DNA from: Candidatus Omnitrophota bacterium
GTDB lineage: Bacteria; Omnitrophota; Gorgyraeia; S143-82
DNA length: 60,327 nt
NCBI GenBank assembly: GCA_015494465.1
Contig: WGBD01000011.1
Location: 69,553 to 129,879, forward strand
Reading direction: 5' to 3'
This document shows positions 33,357 through 43,485 of this stretch, piece by piece. The notes beneath the pieces are model-generated. The model was given only the letters and a program-made list of their open reading frames with translations. It was not told the DNA's origin and ran no database searches. The translations under genes and the position numbers were made by a program. Position 1 is the stretch's first letter, and the number at the start of each line of letters is the position of its first letter.

Positions 33357-34745
33357 TTAAACCACCACCTTTATGTGCAACTCTTCCAACTGCTTGGGAC
33401 TTACTTCCGAAGGTGCACCGGTCACCATACATATCGCCCTCTGGGTCTTGGGGAAGGCAATGACCTCCCTTATACTGTCCTCCCCCGCCAGCATAGCGAC
33501 CAACCGGTCCAGACCAAAGGCAATACCTGCGTGAGGAGGCGCACCGTAAGAAAACGCCTCCAACAGGAATCCAAACTTGGCCTCTATCTCCGCCTCGTCC
33601 ATCTTCAGTATCTCAAAGATGCGCTTCTGGAGGTCCTGACGGTGGATACGCACCGAACCACTACCCAACTCCGCACCGTTGAGCACCAGATCGTAAGAGC
33701 GGGCCCGCACCTTTTCCAACTCCCCGCTCTCCAAGAGGGGCAGGTCATCGGGATGGACCGAGGTAAAGGGATGGTGCTCGCTCTCCCACCTGCCTTCCTC
33801 CTCGTTCCAGGTGAATAGCGGGAAGTCCACTACCCACACGAAGGCGTAATCGGTGCCGAACTCCTCCCTCAAATCCGGTTTATCGGTCCCATACTTCTCC
33901 ACAACCTCCACATAACGCATTCGGGGAAAAGGCACTTCCAACTCTATCCCTTTTACCTCCCTAAATATAGCCTGCATAAGCGCCTCGCTCATAGAGAATA
34001 TGTCCTCCTCGTCCACGAACGAGGCCTCTATATCTATCTGGGTAAATTCCGGTTGGCGATCTGCTCGCAGGTCCTCGTCCCTGAAGCACTTCACTATCTG
34101 AAAATACCTATCCATCCCAGCCACCATAAACAACTGCTTGAACAACTGCGGTGACTGGGGAAGGGCATAGAACTTGCCGGGGTTCACCCGGGACGGGACG
34201 AGATAGTCCCTTGCCCCCTCAGGCGTGGACTTGGTCAGGAATGGCGTTTCCAGTTCCGCGTATCCCATATCCGACAGGGCCCTGCGGGCAGACTGCATAA
34301 CCTGATGGCGCAGAAGTAGGTTGTTCTTCATCCTGCTCTGTCGGATATCCAGGTACCGATACTTCAGCCTCACATCCTCTCCCGGCTCGGTATCCCCGTC
34401 TATCTCAAACGGAAGGGTCTTGGCCTCGTTGAGGACCTCTATCTCCTTGGCCAGGACCTCGATGTAGCCGGTGGCGATCTTGGGATTCTCCGTCCCCTTG
34501 GGCCGTTGATTCACTATCCCCTTTATCGCCACAACATATTCCGAGCGGATCTGCTTCGCCAGTTCGTAATCACTGCACTCCTTAGGGACGACTACCACCT
34601 GGGTAAGCCCCCAGCGGTCCCTAATGTCAAAGAATATGATCTTCCCGTGGTCGCGCCTCCGGTGGATCCAGCCCGCCAGCACGACCTCCGAGCCTATTTC
34701 AACCTTTGAAAGCTCTTCCGAGGTATGCGTCCGCTTGAGCCTCAT
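33357..34745 (-). CDS. aspS: Aspartate--tRNA ligase, bacterial-type core but without the GAD insertion domain
   Basis: ATG 34745 has AAGGAGG 7 nt upstream. It has an OB anticodon-binding N-terminus, motif 2 FRDEDLRADRQPEFTQID and motif 3 GLDRL. The GAD position is occupied only by KPDLREEFGTDYAFVWVVDFP. Confidence 0.9.
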   Translation of the reverse strand: MRLKRTHTSEELSKVEIGSEVVLAGWIHRRRDHGKIIFFDIRDRWGLTQVVVVPKECSDYELAKQIRSEYVVAIKGIVNQRPKGTENPKIATGYIEVLAKEIEVLNEAKTLPFEIDGDTEPGEDVRLKYRYLDIRQSRMKNNLLLRHQVMQSARRALSDMGYAELETPFLTKSTPEGARDYLVPSRVNPGKFYALPQSPQLFKQLFMVAGMDRYFQIVKCFRDEDLRADRQPEFTQIDIEASFVDEEDIFSMSEALMQAIFREVKGIELEVPFPRMRYVEVVEKYGTDKPDLREEFGTDYAFVWVVDFPLFTWNEEEGRWESEHHPFTSVHPDDLPLLESGELEKVRARSYDLVLNGAELGSGSVRIHRQDLQKRIFEILKMDEAEIEAKFGFLLEAFSYGAPPHAGIAFGLDRLVAMLAGEDSIREVIAFPKTQRAICMVTGAPSEVSPKQLEELHIKVVV

Positions 34746-34803
34746 ACAACGCCCTCCTTTCGCAAAAGCGGTTCTCACCCGAGAAAGTTTATTATATCAC
34801 TTA

Positions 34804-35451
34804 TTACCGTCCCAGTCCGAGGGTAAGGTATATCAGTTGGGCCCGGGGATCTTCACCGTGAATCTTCACCGCCACATCCGCATCGGCCAACCTGTCCAGC
34901 AGGGACAATCGCCGTTTGGGATCCCTTCTAAACCGATCCTCTATACGATAACGCAGGGCACCTACCAGACCGGAGAAGGTCCAGCGATCTATCTTCAGCC
35001 TGTCAAAGAGGGAAAGGGCCCCTTCCAGATTGCCGGAGACTATCAGATCCACCAGATCGAACATGTTCTCCTCGCTTACCCTCCCAAAGGTCTTGACCGC
35101 CTTGGGGAACAACTCCGCCAGTCTGCGGGAATTCTTACCTTCGGGCTCACTTCCTCCTTCCACCACCAAACACACCCCCGAAGAGTCCAACGCAAAACGG
35201 TTTATGAGGTCCACCAATCCGTTGAACAAGGAGGACTTCAGGGAATCCACATCCCAAAGGACCACCAGCCTCTGCCCCCCAAGTCCGATGCTCCTCACCG
35301 CCTGTTGTAGGGTGTTCAAGGAGGTGATGTCTTTGCCGTAGAGGATTTCGGTCTCAACCCCCAAAAGGCCCCCTGACAGGCTGGACTTCAGGGACTCGAG
35401 GAACCTTTTCTTGTCTTCCAATCGCGGGCCGAGGAGAATGTGCAACATCAC
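34804..35451 (-). CDS. holA: DNA polymerase III delta subunit-like protein (short)
   Basis: It lies immediately after lptE, as in the conserved lptE-holA arrangement, and shows weak HolA N-terminal pattern similarity. At 215 aa it is shorter than typical delta subunits. Confidence 0.4.
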   Translation of the reverse strand: MMLHILLGPRLEDKKRFLESLKSSLSGGLLGVETEILYGKDITSLNTLQQAVRSIGLGGQRLVVLWDVDSLKSSLFNGLVDLINRFALDSSGVCLVVEGGSEPEGKNSRRLAELFPKAVKTFGRVSEENMFDLVDLIVSGNLEGALSLFDRLKIDRWTFSGLVGALRYRIEDRFRRDPKRRLSLLDRLADADVAVKIHGEDPRAQLIYLTLGLGR

Positions 35452-35954
35452 CAGAAGGTAAACACCGCATCCGCTATCCTGCGGACCAGATCGTCCACCG
35501 CAGAGCGCACCGCCACTCGCTCACTCTCCAGACGCTGATCGTAGACCTCCTGACCGTACATCCTGCGCCGGACCGTCCTGTCACCTACCTTTAAGAGGAC
35601 ATCTGCACCGACCTTTATCCGCCAGCGATTCACCTCATCAGAGTCGGTATAACCAAGAGGCTCGCGAGTATAGTCCACCAAGACCACCTCCACCTGGACA
35701 TCCGCAGAAGGGGTGTCGGTCAATCTGAGAGTGCCGTCGGTCAGGAACCTGTCCATAAGGGCCCTGCGTATCTCTACTTCCAGATTGGGATAGTACTTTT
35801 TCAGCTCGTCGATTGAGGAGTAATCGCTGGCGATAGTTAGTTTGTTCTTCACTGGAGCCACGTAAACCGTGCGCAACGACTCATCCAATGCCCGGAAAGA
35901 ATAGCCACAACCCATCAAGAAAAGGAATAGAGACAACAGGACGCCCAGCCTCAT
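35448..35954 (-). CDS. lptE: LPS-assembly lipoprotein LptE
   Basis: Lipobox FLMGCGY, a size of about 170 aa, and the position upstream of the holA-like gene. Confidence 0.65.
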   Translation of the reverse strand: MRLGVLLSLFLFLMGCGYSFRALDESLRTVYVAPVKNKLTIASDYSSIDELKKYYPNLEVEIRRALMDRFLTDGTLRLTDTPSADVQVEVVLVDYTREPLGYTDSDEVNRWRIKVGADVLLKVGDRTVRRRMYGQEVYDQRLESERVAVRSAVDDLVRRIADAVFTFW

Positions 35955-36400
35955 TTCCCCTCTCTCCTGATGTGGGAGACCAGTGCCTCTAACCCAAGCA
36001 GGTAACTGTCCAACCCGAACCCGCTTATCAACCCTAAGGCGGATTGAGCGGTTATGGACTTCCTGCGGAACTCCTCCCGGGCGTGGATGTTTGACAGGTG
36101 CACCTCCACCACCGGTAGGTTCACCCCTCTAATGCAGTCAAGGAGGGCAACGCTGGTGTGGGTCAGACCCGCAGGGTTTATCAATATCCCGTCCACCTCC
36201 TTACGGCGGGCGATTATCTCATCTATTATCTGCCCCTCGTGGTTGGACTGAAAGACTATCAACTCCACCCCCAACTCCTCTGCCTTGCGAATCAAGGCGG
36301 AGTTGATGTCCTCAAGGCTGACGGTCCCATAGACGTCGCGCTCCCGCTCCCCTAAGAGGGAGAGATTCGGACCGTGTACCACCAGTATCTTTATGCCCAT
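35951..36400 (-). CDS. aroQ: Type II 3-dehydroquinate dehydratase
   Basis: [12 protein letters not shown] and [12 protein letters not shown] motifs. Confidence 0.95.
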   Translation of the reverse strand: MGIKILVVHGPNLSLLGERERDVYGTVSLEDINSALIRKAEELGVELIVFQSNHEGQIIDEIIARRKEVDGILINPAGLTHTSVALLDCIRGVNLPVVEVHLSNIHAREEFRRKSITAQSALGLISGFGLDSYLLGLEALVSHIRREGK

Positions 36401-36407
36401 AACCCCT

Positions 36408-37307
36408 TTATTTTAACAACCTTTCCGGATATTTTCTACGCAGATATTCCTCCACCGCATCCTGCCAATCCCTCATCTCCACCACCGACCTTATCTTCGT
36501 GTTGTCCAGCGCAGAATAGGCCGGTCGGGGCGCCGGGCGGGGAAAATCCTTGGTGCCCACCGGGAGGAGTTTCCCCTGCCAACCAATGGTATCTAAGACG
36601 AATCGGGCCAGCCCGTACCAGGACACTGCCCCGGAATTCGTGCAGTGATATATACCGTAATCGGACATCCCCTCTCTCAAAAACCTCTCTATCGCCCGGG
36701 CAACATCTGAACAACTGGTGGGTGAGGTGATCTGATCGTCAACGACCTTCAACACATCCCTGTCTTGAGAAAGGGAGATTATCGTATCTATAAAATTGGC
36801 ACCCTTGCCCCTCGGGCCCTTTACCCCATACAACCCAGCGCACCTGAATACGAATACCTTATCTCCGCTTGAGAGGGCGTTGACCTCGCCCTCCAGTTTG
36901 CTCGCCCCGTAAACGTTTAGCGGGGCGGGGGTATCGGCCTCGCGATAGGGCCTGGCGGTGTGCCCGGAGAAGACGTAATCGGTGCTGATGTGTATCAGGA
37001 CAACCCCTGCCTCAGCACAGGCCCGGGACAACTGCCCGGGAAAATCCGCGTTTATCCGGAAAACCGCATCCCGCAGGTCCGGATCCTGGGCCTTATCCAC
37101 GTCGGTGAAGGCTATGCAGTTTACCACCGCACTTACCTCTCGGAGATATCCGATTAAGGCGTCCCTGCCATCGCCGGTGAGCACATCCAGTTCGGGATAG
37201 TCCATCCCCACCACGGAGTAGCCCCGGGAAGAGAGGTATTCCTCTACTTCGAACCCCAACTGCCCCTTATTTCCCAAAACGAGGACCTTACTTATCTCTT
37301 CCTGCAC
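36408..37307 (-). CDS. rfbD: dTDP-4-dehydrorhamnose reductase
   Basis: Rossmann motif VLGNKGQLG and the catalytic YGASK. The track start at 37325 is TTG; I prefer GTG 37307, with GGAGAGG 7 nt upstream. Confidence 0.85.
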   Translation of the reverse strand: MQEEISKVLVLGNKGQLGFEVEEYLSSRGYSVVGMDYPELDVLTGDGRDALIGYLREVSAVVNCIAFTDVDKAQDPDLRDAVFRINADFPGQLSRACAEAGVVLIHISTDYVFSGHTARPYREADTPAPLNVYGASKLEGEVNALSSGDKVFVFRCAGLYGVKGPRGKGANFIDTIISLSQDRDVLKVVDDQITSPTSCSDVARAIERFLREGMSDYGIYHCTNSGAVSWYGLARFVLDTIGWQGKLLPVGTKDFPRPAPRPAYSALDNTKIRSVVEMRDWQDAVEEYLRRKYPERLLK

Positions 37308-38319
37308 GCCCCAACCTCTCCACAAACCACTCCACCGTCTTCCTCAGACCTTGGGCAAAGTCGGTGGACGGGCTCCATCCCAGATCCCTCTTTATCTTGC
37401 TTATGTCCATCGCGTAGCGCCAGTCGTGACCCGGGCGGTCCTGAACGAAGGTCAACTGCTCCGCATAGGACCTGCCATCCTCCCGCGGGGCGAGATCGTC
37501 CAGTATACTGCAGATCTCCCGGGCCACGTCTATATTCCTCCTCTCGTTCTCCCCACCTATGTTGTAGGTGCTTCCCGCGGGCGCCTTGTGGAAGACCAGA
37601 TCTATCGCCTCACAGTGGTCCTCCACGTACAACCAGTCCCGCACATTCTCCCCCCGCCCATAAATGGGTATAGCTTGGCCGGAGAGGGCAGTGCGGATTA
37701 CCGTAGGGATAAACTTCTCCAGGTGCTGACGGGGACCGTAGTTGTTGGAACAGTTGGTTATCACCACGTTCATCCCGTAGGTGTGGTGATAACTGCGAAC
37801 CAGCATGTCGCTACCCGCCTTGGATGCGCTGTAAGGGGAGTTCGGGGCATAGGGCGTATCCTCCCGGAACTTGCCCTCGTCTCCCAGACTGCCGTAGACC
37901 TCGTCAGTAGATATGTGGTGAAACCGGCACCCTTCGTATCCCGGTCGCACCTTGAACGGTCCTTCCATCCAGTACCTGTAGGCAGAATCCAATAGGACGT
38001 AGGTGCCCAAGACATTCGTGCGGACGAATATCCCCGGGTTGGCTATGGAGTTGTCCACGTGGGACTCGGCTGCGAAGTGGATCACCCCCCGGATGTCGTA
38101 GTTTTGAAAAAGGGAGTTCACCAGTTCCGCATCGGTGACGTCGCCCTTTACGAATATGTGCCTGGGATCGGAGAGGACACCCTCTAGGTTATCTAACGAC
38201 CCCGCATAGGTGAGCAGGTCCAGATTCACCACCCGGACATCAGGATGGGCGTTGAGAAAGTAGTGCACGAAATTGCTCCCGATAAACCCCGCACCACCGG
38301 TGATGAGTATCGTATTCAA
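37288..38319 (-). CDS. rfbB: dTDP-glucose 4,6-dehydratase
   Basis: TGGAGFIGSN, the catalytic YSASKAGSD, and a length of 343 aa. Confidence 0.95.
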   Translation of the reverse strand: MNTILITGGAGFIGSNFVHYFLNAHPDVRVVNLDLLTYAGSLDNLEGVLSDPRHIFVKGDVTDAELVNSLFQNYDIRGVIHFAAESHVDNSIANPGIFVRTNVLGTYVLLDSAYRYWMEGPFKVRPGYEGCRFHHISTDEVYGSLGDEGKFREDTPYAPNSPYSASKAGSDMLVRSYHHTYGMNVVITNCSNNYGPRQHLEKFIPTVIRTALSGQAIPIYGRGENVRDWLYVEDHCEAIDLVFHKAPAGSTYNIGGENERRNIDVAREICSILDDLAPREDGRSYAEQLTFVQDRPGHDWRYAMDISKIKRDLGWSPSTDFAQGLRKTVEWFVERLGRAGRDK

Positions 38320-38873
38320 TCGAACACCTCCGCATCTTTCAGAGTGGGCAATGCTTTATCTTTGGCAGAGATTATCAGTTTGGCCCTCTCTACGGGCCAG
38401 TCTATGCCTATCTGGGGATCGTCGAACCTCACTCCCCTGTCGTGCTCGCGGGAATAGTAGTTGTCCACCTTGTATTGGACTATGGCAAACTCGCTCAACA
38501 CCACGAACCCGTGGGCAAATCCCCGGGGTATAAACAGTTGCCGTTTGTTCTCTCCACTCAACTCCACGCCAAACCATCGGCCAAAGTTCGGGCTGGACCT
38601 GCGCAGGTCCACTGCAACGTCCCATATCCTGCCCTCCACCACCCGCACCAACTTGGCCTGCTCAAAGGGGGGAAGTTGATAATGAAGCCCGCGCAACACG
38701 CCGCATACCGAGCGGGACTCGTTGTCCTGCAGGAACTCACCAGAGAATCCTACAATGTTTTTTTTATCAAACCACTCCTTGCGAAAGGACTCGAAGAAGT
38801 ATCCCCTCTCGTCGCGAAACACATCAACCTCAACGATAAACAGACCCTCCAAAGGGGCAGGGACGATCCTCAC
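38316..38873 (-). CDS. rfbC: dTDP-4-dehydrorhamnose 3,5-epimerase
   Basis: RGLHYQ, and FIPRGFAHGF cupin motifs. Confidence 0.95.
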   Translation of the reverse strand: MRIVPAPLEGLFIVEVDVFRDERGYFFESFRKEWFDKKNIVGFSGEFLQDNESRSVCGVLRGLHYQLPPFEQAKLVRVVEGRIWDVAVDLRRSSPNFGRWFGVELSGENKRQLFIPRGFAHGFVVLSEFAIVQYKVDNYYSREHDRGVRFDDPQIGIDWPVERAKLIISAKDKALPTLKDAEVFD

Positions 38874-39754
38874 CGCTCTGCCTCCTCCAAGACATCCAAC
38901 AGGTACTTGCCGTAACGGCTCTTCATCAATGGCTCGGCCAACCTGCGCAACTGCTTCCCGTCTATAAATCCCTTGAGAAAGGCTATCTCCTCCGGGCAGG
39001 CGATCTTTAGACCCTGCCTCCTCTCTATCACCTCTATGAACTTACCCGCCTCCAGGAGACTCTCAAAGGTCCCGGTATCCAGCCAGGCATATCCCCGCCC
39101 CAATAGTTCCACATCCAGAAGTCCCCTCTCAAGATACACCTGATTCACGTCGGATATCTCCAGCTCCCCCCGGGCGGAAGGCCTTATCTGGGATGCGACC
39201 TCCGGGGCATCTGAGGGATAAAGATAGAGACCCACTACCGCCCAGTGGGAGATTGCCTCCTTGGGCTTCTCCACTATCCTCTGGGGACGCATATCATCAT
39301 CCAAGACGACCACCCCATAGGCGCTGGGATCCTTCACGTAATATCCGAATATCACCGCCCGACCATCCTCTTCCACCCTGCGCCTTGCCCTCGTCAACAC
39401 TTCGGTCAGGCCGTGGCCATAGAGCACATTGTCCCCCAAGATCAGCGCCACCGACGAACCGGTGAGGAAGTCCTCTCCTATCGTTAGGGCCTGGGCTATA
39501 CCCTTGGGCTCATCCTGCACCGCATACTCAAACCGCATCCCCCACTGAGAGCCGTCCCCCAACAAGTCCTCGAACCTGGAGATGTCCCTTGGCGTAGATA
39601 TGATGAGGACCTCACGAATCCCCGCCAGCATCAATACCGAAAGGGGGTAATAGATCATCGGCTTATCGTATATAGGGAGCAATTGCTTCACTATAGTCCG
39701 GGTCAAGGGGTAGAGCCGAGAGCCGCTGCCTCCCGCCAATACTATGCCCTTCAT
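38870..39754 (-). CDS. rfbA: Glucose-1-phosphate thymidylyltransferase
   Basis: GIVLAGGSGSRLYPLT and YGVV...EKP motifs. Confidence 0.95.
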   Translation of the reverse strand: MKGIVLAGGSGSRLYPLTRTIVKQLLPIYDKPMIYYPLSVLMLAGIREVLIISTPRDISRFEDLLGDGSQWGMRFEYAVQDEPKGIAQALTIGEDFLTGSSVALILGDNVLYGHGLTEVLTRARRRVEEDGRAVIFGYYVKDPSAYGVVVLDDDMRPQRIVEKPKEAISHWAVVGLYLYPSDAPEVASQIRPSARGELEISDVNQVYLERGLLDVELLGRGYAWLDTGTFESLLEAGKFIEVIERRQGLKIACPEEIAFLKGFIDGKQLRRLAEPLMKSRYGKYLLDVLEEAER

Positions 39755-39771
39755 ATCCTGCTATCTCCTTT

Positions 39772-40596
39772 TTAGTCCCATATAGGCTCTATTCTAATCC
39801 TGCCCTTGCGATCTATCAACAGGACAAAAGGGTCCTCCAGAAAATACCCCGTATCCCTGCTGGGCAGACCGGTAGAAAATACGGTATAGAGTCTTCCCGA
39901 GAAGAATCTGCTCTCATCTTGGGCCCGCTCCGCAGAGCGGGGTTGATGGCCCCGGATAAGGGCCTTGACGCCCAAATCCTCACAGAACCTCTCCACCGCT
40001 CCCTTCGGATATAACCAACCTGCACCCCGGGGATTGGGGCGCCAATCCGCATAGGCGGAGGGATCGCTCCAGAGCATATCCTCCACCACCTCCGGGGAAA
40101 GGAGGGCGGAAAGGTCGTATCTTTCCAGCCTCGGGATACCGCCGTGGACGAAAAAGTACCTTCCCTCCCAGATGGCAAAGATATCCAGGAGATCAAACCA
40201 CCTCTGGCAAAGACCATAGATCTGGGAAGGTACGGAATCCCGAAAGCCGTAATAGGTGTTGACCTGACTATCCTCGTGATTGCCCCTAAGCAGGATAACC
40301 CTGTCGGGATACTCCAACTTCAAACGGGCCACATAGACCACCACATCCAACTGGCGCCTGCCCCGATCCACGTAATCGCCCAAGAATATCAGTCCCTCGT
40401 CCCTGCTCCACCTACGGCTTACCAGCCTTTCTAACGATTCAAGATCCCCGTGCAGATCCCCTACTACCACTGCCCCTTGCCAGTCGTCGGGCACCACGCA
40501 GTAGCACACCTCCCGGTCCCAGCGGTGCATCCTTGACCGCGCTTGGGAATAGATGTCCAAAACGTCCTCCAGGACTTCAACCACGCTCACGGCCAA
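39772..40596 (-). CDS. PPP-family metallophosphoesterase (Ser/Thr phosphatase / ApaH-like)
   Basis: GDLHGD, GDYVDRG and RGNHE motifs in canonical order. Confidence 0.8.
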   Translation of the reverse strand: MAVSVVEVLEDVLDIYSQARSRMHRWDREVCYCVVPDDWQGAVVVGDLHGDLESLERLVSRRWSRDEGLIFLGDYVDRGRRQLDVVVYVARLKLEYPDRVILLRGNHEDSQVNTYYGFRDSVPSQIYGLCQRWFDLLDIFAIWEGRYFFVHGGIPRLERYDLSALLSPEVVEDMLWSDPSAYADWRPNPRGAGWLYPKGAVERFCEDLGVKALIRGHQPRSAERAQDESRFFSGRLYTVFSTGLPSRDTGYFLEDPFVLLIDRKGRIRIEPIWD

Positions 40597-41786
40597 TATC
40601 CCTTCACAAATATACCGTCCTCCCTGTAGACCTCCTCTACCACCTTACCCGAAGATCGAATGTGGGCAAGACGACCTGCATCGGTGTAGGGGATAAGTTC
40701 CTCCCGATAAGGCAGGCTCGGCTCTATCTTTTCGGTTATCGCCTTGAGAAGTTCCTGGATACCGATCCCTTTTAGCGCCGAGATCACCACCGGAGATGGC
40801 ACCACCACGGTTATCTCCCTTATAAGGGACTCCGGGGCGATGTCCACCTTGTTCACCGCGGTCACGATAGGCTTGCCCTTGGCCCCTATCTCGTCCAACA
40901 CCCCGAAGACCGCTCTGTACTTGCGCCTCCAATCGGGATCCGAGCCGTCCAGAACGAACACCAGCACATCCGACTCCACTACCTCCTCCAAGGTGGCCTT
41001 AAAGGCCTCTATCAAACCGTGGGGAAGGCGATCTATAAAACCCACCGTATCCGAGACCACCGCAGGCCTGCCGTCTGCAAGTTTTATCCTGCGCAAAAGC
41101 GGATCCAAGGTCGTGAACAACTCCTCCGAGACCCTTTGTCCCGCACCGGTAAGGGCATTCAAGAGGGTGGACTTGCCTGCACTGGTGTATCCAACCAGGC
41201 TTATCTGGGGGATTCCAACCCGCTTCCGGGAGTGTCGGGACCTGCCCCGGTGTTCCCTGTACTCCTTCAGGGCCCTGCGCAGACGGGCAATACGGTCGCT
41301 GATTCGCCTCCTGTCCACCTCCAGTTTCGTCTCACCCGGACCGCGCGTACCGATCCCGCCACCCAATCGGGAGAGCATAATCCCCTTACCCGTCAGTCGG
41401 GGCAGGAGGTACTCCAATTGGGCCAACTCCACCTGCATCTTCCCCTCTAGGGACCTAGCGTGGCGGGCGAATATGTCCAATATCAACTGGGTGTAGTCCA
41501 CCGTCTTCACTCCCAAGATGTCCTCTATGTTCCTCTGCTGACTCGCCTTGAGGTTAACCCCGAAGATAACCACATCCGGCTCCAGCACCTCAACCTCCCG
41601 TTTCAGCTCCTCCAACTTGCCGGTGGTCAGATAATAAGCGGGATTTATCCGGCGGATCTCCAAGACCATCTCCGAGATCACCTCCGCACCTGCGGTGCGG
41701 GAGAGGAGGTTTATCTCCCTACGGAACACATCCGCCAACCTGCGATCTTTGGGAGATACCACCGTCACCGTAATCGCCCGCTCCAT
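40587..41786 (-). CDS. hflX: GTPase HflX
   Basis: HflX N-domain, G1 GYTSAGKSTLLN, G3 DTVGF and G4 NKVD. Confidence 0.9.
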   Translation of the reverse strand: MERAITVTVVSPKDRRLADVFRREINLLSRTAGAEVISEMVLEIRRINPAYYLTTGKLEELKREVEVLEPDVVIFGVNLKASQQRNIEDILGVKTVDYTQLILDIFARHARSLEGKMQVELAQLEYLLPRLTGKGIMLSRLGGGIGTRGPGETKLEVDRRRISDRIARLRRALKEYREHRGRSRHSRKRVGIPQISLVGYTSAGKSTLLNALTGAGQRVSEELFTTLDPLLRRIKLADGRPAVVSDTVGFIDRLPHGLIEAFKATLEEVVESDVLVFVLDGSDPDWRRKYRAVFGVLDEIGAKGKPIVTAVNKVDIAPESLIREITVVVPSPVVISALKGIGIQELLKAITEKIEPSLPYREELIPYTDAGRLAHIRSSGKVVEEVYREDGIFVKGYWP

Positions 41787-41875
41787 TTGCGCACCTCCGA
41801 AAGAGGATCAATCACGGGGCCCAGATCTTTTCTTTTCCACCTGACTAGACGAGCCAACGGGTAAACAGGGGTGAA

Positions 41876-43432
41876 TTACAATCGTTCCCATCTAAAGGCG
41901 GAGAGGTTTCTCTCCTGGCTGTTTATATTGATACCGACGAGGTATATATCCTTGTCCTGACCCTCGTACCTCTTGTAGTACTGCCTCTCCTTTATCTGCT
42001 TCAGCGGGGATTCACTGGAATCCACCTTGATCTCAAAGATGTAGATCTTATCGTCCAGCATCACCACAACATCCGCCCTGCCTTTGCTTGTTACATCTTC
42101 TCCTATTATCCTATCCGCCGCTCTCTGCAAATAGGCATATACCACCGATATGTAGTATCCCTCATTCTTCCCAATCTCGTTGCGGATGTGGTAATGATAC
42201 GGGATAGAGGCAAACAAAGATTCCAGTTCCTTGCCTAAGGCCTCCACTTCTCCCGACCTCAAGATCCTGTGGATATTCCTGCGGGCTCGATCGTTTATCC
42301 TCTGGGTCAGATACTCTATCAATATCTTCGACAACGCCCTGCTCACCTCTTTGTTTGGCAGCCTTAGGAGGTATTGTATGTCCTCTTCTTCAGTTATTAT
42401 CTCCTTATCTATGGTCAGATATCCGGTCTGAAACAGGAACACTTCCGGGCGTATGTTCTCTATGTCGAAACTGTCTAAGACTATCTTCTCTACCGTCAAC
42501 CCGGATAACTCGGGCAGGTAAAAGTTGCCCTTGTCTATCACATCTACCAGAAACTTCGGCGTGCCACTGGTAAACCAGTAGGTATCAAAGACAAACCGCC
42601 CCCGCCCAATCCCATCGTCTATGAACAACAGTAAATCGAACGGATTGTATACGGGGCCCCCTAAAAAGTTGTACCCGTTGTACCACTCCTTGACCTCTTC
42701 TAAATCTACTCCATTTTCCCTGAGAAACTCTCCGAAATGCTCCTCTAACTCCGCCTGCGTTATACCCAGCATGTTCCCAAAGGCAGGATAAAGGCTGATG
42801 TCCTTGAGGTTGTTCAGTCCGGAGAATATACCCGCCCTTGAAAACTTGCTTACCCCGGTGAGAAACGCAAACCGAACATACGCATCCATATCCTTTATAA
42901 TCGAATACAGCCCCCGCAGGATGTTCCGGTTCTCCAACGCCACCTCCATCTGGTCTATGTTGTCGAGGATTGCCTTGTCGTATTCGTCTATCAGTATTAC
43001 GACTTTTTGGCCGTATTTCCTATAGGCCACTCTTATCAATTCATCAAAACAGTTAGAATAGTTACTGGTCTCCTTGCACTCCACTCCTAATTCTCTTTGA
43101 TTATTCTCCAATAAACGCCATATCCTCTCCTTCAACTCCTCCGGACTCCTCATCTCTCCGGAAAAGGAAAGGTGTATCACCGGATGTTTGGGAAAGTCGT
43201 ATTTGTCGTAGATGTATAAACCTCTGAATAGGTCTTTTTCTCCTTGGAATAGGTACTTTAATGTGGAAACGAGCAGGCTCTTACCAAACCTGCGCGGACG
43301 GGAGAGAAAGTAATACTTGCCTCCGGTGATTAACTTGTGAATCGGGCGGGTCTTGTCTATGTAAAGGTAATCACCTTCCCGTATCTCCTTAAAATCCTGT
43401 ACCCCTATGGGCAACTTCTTTATCTTTGCCAT
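41876..43432 (-). CDS. AAA-ATPase-like domain protein with C-terminal PD-(D/E)XK nuclease-like domain (DUF1703 type)
   Basis: The N-terminus KKLPIGVQDFKEIREGDYLYIDKT...FLSRPRRFGKSL is the hallmark of the predicted AAA-ATPase (PF09820-type) family. The C-terminal GRADVVV...IYIFEIK resembles a PD-(D/E)XK core. Confidence 0.75.
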   Translation of the reverse strand: MAKIKKLPIGVQDFKEIREGDYLYIDKTRPIHKLITGGKYYFLSRPRRFGKSLLVSTLKYLFQGEKDLFRGLYIYDKYDFPKHPVIHLSFSGEMRSPEELKERIWRLLENNQRELGVECKETSNYSNCFDELIRVAYRKYGQKVVILIDEYDKAILDNIDQMEVALENRNILRGLYSIIKDMDAYVRFAFLTGVSKFSRAGIFSGLNNLKDISLYPAFGNMLGITQAELEEHFGEFLRENGVDLEEVKEWYNGYNFLGGPVYNPFDLLLFIDDGIGRGRFVFDTYWFTSGTPKFLVDVIDKGNFYLPELSGLTVEKIVLDSFDIENIRPEVFLFQTGYLTIDKEIITEEEDIQYLLRLPNKEVSRALSKILIEYLTQRINDRARRNIHRILRSGEVEALGKELESLFASIPYHYHIRNEIGKNEGYYISVVYAYLQRAADRIIGEDVTSKGRADVVVMLDDKIYIFEIKVDSSESPLKQIKERQYYKRYEGQDKDIYLVGININSQERNLSAFRWERL

Positions 43433-43485
43433 GTCAGGACATTATAGGGTCGTGAGACGGATTCTTCCAGCAAGATTTCGTCTCA

